DNA of 64,000 nt from Candidatus Saccharimonadota bacterium. Its GTDB lineage: Bacteria; Patescibacteriota; Saccharimonadia; Saccharimonadales; SZUA-47. The notes under the pieces are model-generated. The model made no database searches. It worked only from the letters and a program-made list of their open reading frames with translations, and had not been told where the DNA came from. Shown piece by piece: positions 18,901 to 25,684 of this stretch; the stretch's first letter is position 1; the number at the start of each line of letters is the position of its first letter. Location: assembly GCA_016700315.1 (NCBI GenBank), contig CP065013.1:129449-193448 (forward strand), written 5' to 3'. Both the position numbers and the translations under genes were made by a program.

Positions 18901-19468
18901 TCGCCGATTCGGCCGACTTAAACGCATAAGGTACAGCAGTTAGTTTGAATCGAGGAGACATTTCTGTGTCTGTAGGAGTACAAGCCCCAAAACTGCATGA
19001 TCCAGTACCGCGAATTGTCATTCCAAGCCAGATTTCTTGGTCCCAATCAATAGTGCTCGGAAATGAGGTCAGAGAACCAAGGTAAGTATTGAAGTAACCG
19101 TTTTTTATCCTTACACCTTGAGTGCTAGAAACAAGATACGTTTCATTCCATAAGCTAGTTCCTCCACTTGCTTGGTAGTAAAGATTGAACTGGATGTTAT
19201 AAAAGCCGTCGTCTACTAAACCTCCCGATGCGTTTAGCAACCGCCCCTGGAAGTTTAGGTTAGAGGTAGTCGCGGCATTGGCTGTAGAGGTAGACTTCGG
19301 TAAAACGCCAAAAAGCCCTGCGCCAATAATGCTTGCAAGGATAAAGAAGACAGCCAGGAGTTTAGACACACATGTATATACACGCGCGCGGCAGCTGCGT
19401 AAGTTGCGCAATAGTTGTACCGAACGCAAATAATAACGTCGGCCAACGCTGGGGATTTCTATTGGCAT
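12935..19468 (-). CDS. Giant surface protein C (class 1): fibre/adhesin-like with YadA-head-like repeats and two CBM4/9-like modules
   Basis: ORF of 2,177 aa starting at an ATG preceded by AAAAAACAAA. TM helix LLAVFFILASIIGAGLFGV. N-domain LNFQGRLLNASGGLV...KLTAVPYAF. Contains xxSxALGxxAxA-type repeats, two jelly-roll-like modules ending FYIDNFSVTV and FYVDSLTVTL, and a C-terminal module shared with E. Confidence 0.8.
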   Translation of the reverse strand: MPIEIPSVGRRYYLRSVQLLRNLRSCRARVYTCVSKLLAVFFILASIIGAGLFGVLPKSTSTANAATTSNLNFQGRLLNASGGLVDDGFYNIQFNLYYQASGGTSLWNETYLVSSTQGVRIKNGYFNTYLGSLTSFPSTIDWDQEIWLGMTIRGTGSCSFGACTPTDTEMSPRFKLTAVPYAFKSAESANVKSAATSTASTNSSNITVQSGNATGATSNSGNISIDSGTATGTTGQLLFGTTNASAITLGHSGITTTLQGSVSLTGAGTALTVTNNVQVDGNTTLGNNAAADSLTVNAAANFTGNLSVSSGNTFTNAGSTVFTAITAGPFGADGSVGSAASTVDVATTINLSASTTGVDLTLASPTSATAGRILYINNTGANSLTVEGNPIASGKSASFIWNGTAWVQTISFTSTGVDTIGAVDTTPTSANGARISGTTLYLQYADATYPGLVSTTSQTFAGAKTFTSQLKVDGSSDQNQLIVEANATQTVPLVLFQNSSGTELARINVSASSLYFGNAAGGSTASGANNTGIGASALGSVSTGTGNTTLGSGALASVSVGTNNTALGYNAGNLSTGSSNLFLGQGAGSNATTGSNNIIIGAGLNASAAGVSNELRIGGVLQGDTSTLAAQFNGTLAVTTLGTADTSTFLCRNTSNQLASCSSTPLTSSLTDNITDALDLQESTNNYININTTNGSENVSFGNASTNPSYNFLGSGTLAVAGSQTIGGTLAVTGNSTLSGDLAVNGGDITTAAGDLTIAPAGNDTLITGNLDVSGTLFAGTGDAFQVSSTGAVTAVGVNSGTGLIQGTGGLTILGTTSINATGSSNTSIGATSNSGTIAIGNSASTTNILGATTINTTGTAATSIGNSGAITTLSGSSILLNSATLQRTSAGTTSFDLVDGANTTLALQNSGAGVLNLTVDGSATVGTNLTVSGGTATLGTAAQAGSLVVSDGSSSTITIKSATQVAATNYDVTVPAITANDTFCLFTLNNCVNANAFVQNGNSFTAAATLGTNDAYTLAFETNNITRITLDTSYKAYFGNGATNATPQGFTLQGTSGSGTNITGAGLTIASGQGTGTGTSGNITFQYAPAGASGSSLNALQTACTISGTNGSLSCPGAGSSSERFGAGATAGGSQSVALGNGASAGGNISTAIGYLAVANTYGSTVLGYGANAPGTNSVALGVNATGNTDAAVAVGFGAISGQDALALGYNSLGASAALALGSNSSANNYSSIALGTRATTTAANQLVLGGTGAEFISDAYFGSGVTSANAASRDFVLHATGGSGTNIGGADFTLAAGQGTGTGVGGAILFRTAAPGASGSSLNALTTRAEIQADGDLAVDTNTLFVDATNNRVGIVTATPSYDLSFGSGASRTIRVENQATLNTAGNNLTVQAGTGNGTGGVGGVLTLQGGSGSTTNINGGNVVIAGGASGGGTGVKGLVVIDTATYSAATVQNFTGNANITQSNIDSFGSVLISGDVAGRIATLSDPTLGASAAGRVIYVTNSGSVDITLSANTVGVALSITLKPASTATMFWNGTDWTAAGASSSTDLQAAYNNTAASAGNAEIVLSSTGTGGLTIRNDATTAITGGLLEVQTSIGSNLFTVNNNAAEYASNGGAESSTFTAWAAHGTGPSVTRYTTAGNNIATGVGSVFVDTTSTANTGAKNTLSTALTANLRYKVSYTARHTSSTGTFTTLETYFSNDGTAAAVECGSDATIYYNKWTRVDCTFTPTSVGASNAIFFRHTDAVEHDFYIDNFSVTVDASSNHAVDGQVDAALGTNWQAYDADGGAGTSAVTRDTTNIYDTSGAVAVTTTAGSAQGEGVRNNMQTTPSVSTQYLVTFYAKSSTAFSDIKVGFLPAGGSGLPVTAQQCADYNTQTVSTTAWTKVTCIFTTPSSGISDPDVVIYQGSAAARTFYVDSLTVTLNTNNSSNVQIGGGQKGGPTTLLTLDRSYGAPIADNIDAYLGSMYYDTSTGRIQCYEADGWGACGAAPDNIVNLNPEYAGAVLNGSGVGTMTADFCADQSGVLQVNASLCDGTGSPAVKAANYYRWTSPQATSQTYSIYVTYQLPATFNGFSNDDTVKLTGRVDNITNATVSYEMYKSVGGTITACGTETTVAGAGAGSANTWYTVGVNGNESTGCSFSSSAASGFVIFKINVKANSNANAYVSTLNFVTTGR

Positions 19469-20388
19469 TTTGTTTTTTGATTTGATTGATTTTTGTATTG
19501 GTTTTTATCGCTCTTCCTCACCCTATTATTACTTGAAGGGTATTTGCGAGAGGAAGTGAGCTTTTATTCCCAATTTTTGTTTTACTTGTAGTCTTTGCTG
19601 CTGGACGCCGACTGCAGTAAACGTACTAAGTATGAACGCAGATCATTGTTTAAGCAATACTTATTTTATACAAAATGTATTCAGCCAAAGCTACCTTGAT
19701 TCTATACTTTCGTAGTCGAAATTTGTTGTAAGAATTGCATTTTTATACATTAAAACTTCCTTTCATTATTTTGAATTTTGCCTTTTAATTGTTGTGATTG
19801 CTACTACGTGTAGTCTAAAATGAAATATTTGTCAGGATTTATCCACAGCCCTTCGTACCCATACGAGGATTTTTCTAGGTACAACCATCATGCATTAGGC
19901 AAGAGAATAGCACTATGCAAAAAAGAAACTGCCAATCCTGCGCTAGGATTACGGTGCGCTCATATTGTTTTCCTTCGCAGCACGACCTGCTTATGGTTTT
20001 TATTTTAGATCTTTTTGTTTTTGTAGACCTATATTGATTTTACTACCACCATCAGAAAAATCAATGCTCTATTAGTGCTTCCAAACCCTGTATGCACTGT
20101 AAATAGCGCGATCCTTAAGACGCCATGCACATTATTAATAGTAATTGCGGCTTTTTGGAAACTATATTATTTCAATTTTATACAATTATGTAGCGGCAAC
20201 ATATCGAGCCTCTACCTACGTAGCTAGCAGATCACTACGTTTATGCTGTTTACTGTTGTTTAAGACTATACGTAAAACACTGCAACAGCTCCAGTAGAGT
20301 CCATTCCATTCCAGTCTATTTACTCAGTCTCGTCAATTTACCCCCCCCCACTCAAATCTTCACTCATGCAACTCCACACGCTTCTTTA

Positions 20389-20498
20389 CAGCACCACTCC
20401 AAGGACTACAGCACCACTCCAAGGACTATCCTTGGAATTGATTTAACAGATTAGTTTGCGCAGACAGCCACCCTTCCAAGGATAGTCCTTGGAGTGGT
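20389..20498. repeat. REP doublet, 3' flank of RAYT-1
   Basis: The 20-bp direct repeat cagcaccactccaaggacta occurs twice (20389-20428). Hairpin tCCAAGGActaTCCTTGGa lies at 20418-20436. An inverted copy tCCAAGGAtagTCCTTGGa at 20475-20493 abuts the RAYT stop. Confidence 0.8.
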
Positions 20499-21136
20499 TA
20501 TTTTGAGTTTGCTATAAGTTTATATAGAGCGTCCAGAACTTCTTTTTCCGGCTTGTAGTCTTCGACAAACTTTTCGTAGTCCCCACCTTCAAATAGCTCG
20601 AAAACTTTATGCTGCTTAACCCAATCTACCATCCATCCCCGAGTATAGTATGGCCAAGATGAATATGGCCAACTTTTATATTCTTTAGGGTTAAGATGGA
20701 TATATCGAGAAATGTGCAACAAATAAGGTTCATTCGTTATCTTGGAGGCCTTATACGGACCTTGAAACAAGTGCCCAATCCTCCTATGTCTTTTATTGAA
20801 ATACTTTGTATAGCTGGTGACAAGGCTTCGCATAAAGCTTTCCATCGCTTTTATACTATCGTTTTGAGCTATCATTAAATGAAAATGGTTAGGCATTAAA
20901 CAAAAAGCAATTAAATCAACCTCTCCGTTATAGTTTGGGTACCTTCTTTTTCGATCATCTACGTTGGTATTCTTTCCCAAATACCTCTGAAGTAGCATTA
21001 GGAAGTATTTATAGTCATGTTCGTCAATAAATATTCGCCGTCTATTAACCCCACGATTATAGATATGGTAATAAGAGTCTGTGTCGTAAAACTTAATCAC
21101 ATTCCTACTTGGCATTGCTTTACTATACCACAACAA
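20498..21136 (-). CDS. REP-associated tyrosine transposase (RAYT, IS200/Y1 HUH family), copy 1
   Basis: MPSRNVIKFYDTDSYYHIYNRG..., HUH motif PNHFHLMI, and a C-terminal Tyr region ISRYIHLNP. REP palindromes lie on both flanks. The likely true start is the ATG at 21115 (MPSRN...), matching the N-terminus of copy 2. Confidence 0.8.
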   Translation of the reverse strand: MLWYSKAMPSRNVIKFYDTDSYYHIYNRGVNRRRIFIDEHDYKYFLMLLQRYLGKNTNVDDRKRRYPNYNGEVDLIAFCLMPNHFHLMIAQNDSIKAMESFMRSLVTSYTKYFNKRHRRIGHLFQGPYKASKITNEPYLLHISRYIHLNPKEYKSWPYSSWPYYTRGWMVDWVKQHKVFELFEGGDYEKFVEDYKPEKEVLDALYKLIANSK

Positions 21137-21149
21137 CCCCTACTCTCGC

Positions 21150-21245
21150 TCTCCAAGTTACACTCCAAGGACTATCCTTGGAGTAATCAATATTTGTGTG
21201 AATTTATCTGTTAAATCTTTTCCAAGGATAGTCCTTGGAGCGGCA
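21150..21245. repeat. REP doublet, 5' flank of RAYT-1
   Basis: cactCCAAGGActaTCCTTGGagt at about 21160-21185 and the inverted copy tCCAAGGAtagTCCTTGGagcg at about 21220-21243. The adjoining atctgttaaatc mirrors gatttaacagat at 20441-20452. Confidence 0.8.
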
Positions 21246-21273
21246 ACTTGGAACGGTAGTTGCTGGTAATTTA

Positions 21274-24200
21274 TTAGCGCTGTTCGGTGGCAAATGGCTG
21301 GGAAAGTGAGCGGTTGAAAGTGCGACCATGGCGTAGCTGTTGGACTACCTGCGTAGCTTTATGTACGTCAGTTTTGAAAGTTATACTCCCTGATGTATTC
21401 TCTATCTGGATCACTCTGAAATATACGTTGTAGTTCGATCCTTCCGTCTCAAAATATTCAGATATTGTGCCTCCGGGCATACCGTTGAGTTTGCAACTTG
21501 AACTGGAACAAGAAGACGAAGAGTTGTCGGTCGCCACATCCTCCCAGGCGTTAGTAGTGCCAAAGCGATAAATCTGTAACTTTAGATCCCCCGCTGTGCC
21601 AGCAGTATTAGGTGGATAGTCAGTTAGCCCAGTCCAGGCAAGAGTTGGAGCTGTTGAGTTGTTACTAAATCTAGCTTTTTGCATCACCATTGGTCTTTCA
21701 TACACACCTGCGACCATTGTTTCATAGCCGCCATCTTCCTTAAGAGCACCACACAATCCGAGCATATCAAGCACTCCACTACAAGGATGGCTAGCTGGAG
21801 TAGCAGATGGTTGACCATTGCTCAAAACATAGCGACCTGAAGAGCGAATTGCATTCCTAGGAGCCGCAATGTTAACTGTAGAAAATGTTGGAGCAACGTT
21901 CTGGGTTTTATAAGTTGCTATACGCAAATCATTATTTGTAGAGTCGCCATAAACAACACTAGGGTTACCATTTGGATCAAAGGCGATCGCCGTACCAGCT
22001 CCTACGTTATTGGCAGTATCTACTGCCGTACAATTCCAAGCAGCCGAAGCACAGCCCGTTCCGCCACTGCCGACATACTTAGCCACTTTTAGATTGCCGT
22101 TAGTTAGATCGTAATAACTGACCCACGCATTACCCGTACTATCAAAACCAATAGAAGTGTCTTCGCCAACGTCACCTCCAGTATCTACCGCCGTACAACT
22201 CCAACTAGTATTAGAACAGCTCCCGCCAGTTCCTACATATTTTGTAACGCGAAGATTAAGCCCGGCTGCGTCGTAGTCATAGTGGCTAATCCACATAGCC
22301 CCAGTTGGATCGTAAGCAGCCGAGCTTGCATGCCCAACTGTGTTAGTAGGGTTGTCAACTGACCCACAGTCCCAAGCTGGTGAAGCATCACAACTACCAC
22401 CGTTGCCGACATATCTTGCAATTTTTAGATCGGTGCCAGTGGCATCCCGATAGCTAATTACTATATTATTGTCTTGGTCAAAAACCAAGGAGCTGTTATA
22501 GCCAACGTTGCCGGTGCTAGCAATGGTGTTACAATTCCAAGTAGAATCAACGCATCCTGTACCACCGCTGCCCACGTATTTGGCAACAAGGAGATCCGTG
22601 GCCGTAGAGTCACGAAAGCTGACCCAAGCCACTCCAGACTTATCAAAAGCTATAGATGTCCCGTTACTACCAGAATCTCCTGTATTATAAACCGCTGTGC
22701 AAGTCCAGGCGGTCGAAGCGCAACCCGTACCCCCACTACCGACGTATCTGGCCACCCTTAAACCAGTATTCGTTATGTCTCGGTAGGATACCCAGGGGTT
22801 ACCATTAGAGTCTATACCGATTGATGTAAATTGACCAACATCATTTGTAGTGTCAACCGAAGTACATGTCCATGATGATATGGCGCAGCCCGTCCCTCCA
22901 GTTCCTACGTAGTTCGCAACCCTTAAGTCACCATTGCCTTGATCATAGTAGCTAATCCATCCCACGCCGTTTCTGTCTACTGCATAAGAATTGTTCTCGG
23001 CAGCGCCTCCAACATTAGTGGCTGTATCGATAGCCGTACACCCCCAGTTTGTATCGGCACAATCTGGCATATTACTGATCGTACCTTTGGTCAGAATCTG
23101 GGTGGTATTATATTTTGTATCGTCTTCTATTGTAAGAGTTGGGAAAGCATCTATAGCGATTGGCCCGCGCCATCTACCTCTCTCTACACGCTCGCCATCA
23201 TCGGTAGTGATAAAGAAGCGATAGGTGCTATTGATAGTTGCCTGAGAGGTGTCAATCGTCCACGCTACTTCAGTACACTGCGCTGTCGAACTACCATCTG
23301 CCACGCTAACCCCTGTGCCTTCATCACTAGCAAAACTTTTACCATTATTCCAGGTACCGCCTCCGATGCAGTCTGCATCGTCCCGATTAGAAGTATCAGA
23401 GCTAGTGGTCATATCTGCGTGAGACTCCGCAAAAGCAGAAACTCCAGCTTGACTAGACGACAACGTAATAGCACCTAAGCTTTGCCTGAGGTAAGCCATC
23501 CTGACAGAATCGGTAGTCAGATCCTCGTGTGCTACCCATGGTACCCCATCTTGATCAAAGGCTAATGATGTAAAATATCCAACACTGTTGGTAGTCTCAA
23601 CAGTGGTACAAGACCACGCGCTTGATGCACAACCAGAACCGCCAGAACCAACAAAGCGAGCTAGTTTAAGCGCAGTATTGGTGATATCTTGATAGCTGAC
23701 CCATGGATTACCGATGGGATCAAAAGCCAGAGATGTGTAGCCTCCGACACTTCCAGACGTATCAACAGAAGTACATGTCCAAGCCGATGAGGCGCAACCA
23801 GAACCGCCAGAACCGACGTACTGCGCAACCTTCAGATCTAGATTGGTTGTGTCATAGTAACTAACCCATGGATTACCAGAAGGATCCATGGCAATTGATG
23901 TAAAACCACCAACGTTTCCGCCCGTATCAACAGAAGTGCAAGTCCAGTAGTTTGAGGCACAGCCAGTACCCGCACCGGCCCCGACGTATTGAGCGACCTT
24001 TAGATCGTTGTTGGTATTATCGTAGTATGCGATCCAAGGATTACCGTTATTGTCCAGTGCGAGCTTGCTGTATGAGCCAACATCTCCTGTTGAATCAATA
24101 GTTGTGCACTCCCATGACGCAAGCGTGCAGGCAGTACCGCTCGGATTATTACTGCCCGCAACCCGTAGATTGGTGTTGGTAACATCATAGTAACTAACCC

Positions 24201-25683
24201 AGGCATCACTACTAGAGCGGCTGATTGCTATGGAAGTGTCCTGGCCGGTATTTGCCGCTACTGAATCTACTGTGACACATTGCCAGTCGGTAGAGTCACA
24301 GCTGCCACCTGAACCGACATAGTAGGCAAGCCTGAGGGAACCAGCAGTGTTATCTTTATAAGCTATCCAGGGCTTGCCATTGCTATTCATCGCGATTGAG
24401 GCATAGCTACCGACATCGTTTGTTGTCACAACACCGCTTGTCGATGTACCTCCACCCTTGGTGTAGTAATCTACTCTCAAGTTACCAGCTGTAGTATTCC
24501 GTGTTGCCACCCAAGCCCCTCCAGAAGAATCTAGGGCTAGACCAATCTGGCTGTTTTGGGCTGAAGTATCGACGTTAAAGCACTGATAGTTAGTATCCAA
24601 ACAATTACCGGTCGGCGATTCTGGTTTTTGAAAGCCCTTAACCCGCCTCCAGACACCATCACCAGTGTCGTAAAAAAGAGCGAGGTTCTCTGTGTCCACT
24701 GGCCCACTAGTGTTTTTGAGCTGAGTTCTTAGTGTCAGTCTTTCGCCTTTACGAGCAGAGACAGCTGTGCTACCAGGTGCGAGCTGGCCAGCACCATCTC
24801 CTGAAGCATCATCCATTTCCCAGATGTAACCTTTGAGCGCTAACTGTGGCTTGTTCTTGTAATAGGTATAGGTGGCGCTAACATTGGCTTGATACAACCT
24901 AACGTCATCATCTATAACACTAGCGGCACCAACGCCAACAGCATTACGCGTGAATCTTATCCTAAGATCGTTTATCGCCGACCAGCCAGTAGTAAAGGTT
25001 GTTGTGTAGTTGGTAATTGTTGTAGTCAGAGTAGTTGTCTGAGCTGTCTGCAAAGCACCATTGATATAGATGTTGACACTCACTGAGTCACAATTTGGTG
25101 CCGTGCCTTGACAAGCTGTGTCTATTTTGGCGCGCCAGTTTACTACAACCTGAGTAGTCTGTACGAATGTTCCGTTGATGGTTGGATTTTGAATAGTGTA
25201 GTCGTCTATTTCTCCAGTAGTGTTGCCCGCCAAACCCGTATTAACATAGTCGGCATCGTTAGCTGAAGTCTCATCGACAAGTGTGTAGTGGTTGGTGCCA
25301 GAACAGGCTGCATTCGTACATAGTTCCCAGCCGGCTGTGTTGTCACCATCAGGATATAGATTGTTTGTAGCGGTGTAAAGAGCTTGCGCAGGAGTGCTAC
25401 TCCTGAAAAAGTTAAGCAGTGGAACCCCAACCAGCAAAAGAACTGCAACAAATGACGAAACTCTTCGGAAGAACAGTGGGCTCAGCTTATAACGCCGCCC
25501 AATGTTTGCGAATAAGTTTTTTACTCTCCTTGGCTTTTTAACTTGTATACTTTTGATCGGGAGATTAGTCAGTATTGAGCTGCCCATCGTAGACGTTCGA
25601 GAGAAATAACTAGTGTCTTTAGAGGATATGTCGGCCTCTCTTGGCTTTACCCCATCAAGATAGTTTGTTCTTTTATAACGCAT
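21274..25683 (-). CDS. Giant surface protein D (class 2): two blocks of ~46-aa propeller-like repeats
   Basis: ORF of 1,469 aa. The ATG lies 1 nt after the stop of gene E (TAAAATG). TM helix FVAVLLLVGVPLL. About 15 repeats follow the pattern GNPW[VI]SYYDxTNxDLKVAxYVGSGGxGCASxAWxCTxVDTxGxVGxxTSIAFD. The C-terminal tail is QQLRHGRTFNRSLSQPF. Confidence 0.8.
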   Translation of the reverse strand: MRYKRTNYLDGVKPREADISSKDTSYFSRTSTMGSSILTNLPIKSIQVKKPRRVKNLFANIGRRYKLSPLFFRRVSSFVAVLLLVGVPLLNFFRSSTPAQALYTATNNLYPDGDNTAGWELCTNAACSGTNHYTLVDETSANDADYVNTGLAGNTTGEIDDYTIQNPTINGTFVQTTQVVVNWRAKIDTACQGTAPNCDSVSVNIYINGALQTAQTTTLTTTITNYTTTFTTGWSAINDLRIRFTRNAVGVGAASVIDDDVRLYQANVSATYTYYKNKPQLALKGYIWEMDDASGDGAGQLAPGSTAVSARKGERLTLRTQLKNTSGPVDTENLALFYDTGDGVWRRVKGFQKPESPTGNCLDTNYQCFNVDTSAQNSQIGLALDSSGGAWVATRNTTAGNLRVDYYTKGGGTSTSGVVTTNDVGSYASIAMNSNGKPWIAYKDNTAGSLRLAYYVGSGGSCDSTDWQCVTVDSVAANTGQDTSIAISRSSSDAWVSYYDVTNTNLRVAGSNNPSGTACTLASWECTTIDSTGDVGSYSKLALDNNGNPWIAYYDNTNNDLKVAQYVGAGAGTGCASNYWTCTSVDTGGNVGGFTSIAMDPSGNPWVSYYDTTNLDLKVAQYVGSGGSGCASSAWTCTSVDTSGSVGGYTSLAFDPIGNPWVSYQDITNTALKLARFVGSGGSGCASSAWSCTTVETTNSVGYFTSLAFDQDGVPWVAHEDLTTDSVRMAYLRQSLGAITLSSSQAGVSAFAESHADMTTSSDTSNRDDADCIGGGTWNNGKSFASDEGTGVSVADGSSTAQCTEVAWTIDTSQATINSTYRFFITTDDGERVERGRWRGPIAIDAFPTLTIEDDTKYNTTQILTKGTISNMPDCADTNWGCTAIDTATNVGGAAENNSYAVDRNGVGWISYYDQGNGDLRVANYVGTGGTGCAISSWTCTSVDTTNDVGQFTSIGIDSNGNPWVSYRDITNTGLRVARYVGSGGTGCASTAWTCTAVYNTGDSGSNGTSIAFDKSGVAWVSFRDSTATDLLVAKYVGSGGTGCVDSTWNCNTIASTGNVGYNSSLVFDQDNNIVISYRDATGTDLKIARYVGNGGSCDASPAWDCGSVDNPTNTVGHASSAAYDPTGAMWISHYDYDAAGLNLRVTKYVGTGGSCSNTSWSCTAVDTGGDVGEDTSIGFDSTGNAWVSYYDLTNGNLKVAKYVGSGGTGCASAAWNCTAVDTANNVGAGTAIAFDPNGNPSVVYGDSTNNDLRIATYKTQNVAPTFSTVNIAAPRNAIRSSGRYVLSNGQPSATPASHPCSGVLDMLGLCGALKEDGGYETMVAGVYERPMVMQKARFSNNSTAPTLAWTGLTDYPPNTAGTAGDLKLQIYRFGTTNAWEDVATDNSSSSCSSSSCKLNGMPGGTISEYFETEGSNYNVYFRVIQIENTSGSITFKTDVHKATQVVQQLRHGRTFNRSLSQPFATEQR

Positions 25684-25684
25684 T

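Larger units (their letters stand above)
20389..21245 (-). mobile_element. RAYT-REP unit 1 (RAYT gene bracketed symmetrically by two REP doublets)
   Basis: Outer ~40-nt inverted repeats CTCCAAGGACTATCCTTGGAAwwGATTTAACAGAT lie at 20414-20455 (+) and 21203-21244 (-). Inner inverted REP copies lie next to the gene ends. Confidence 0.7.

Noticed and set aside
19820-20008. 62-aa ORF in the long spacer upstream of gene C
   Set aside because: It has no SD or leaderless promoter geometry and no recognisable motif, and it lies on the opposite strand to all its neighbours. It is probably noise, but I cannot exclude a small protein.
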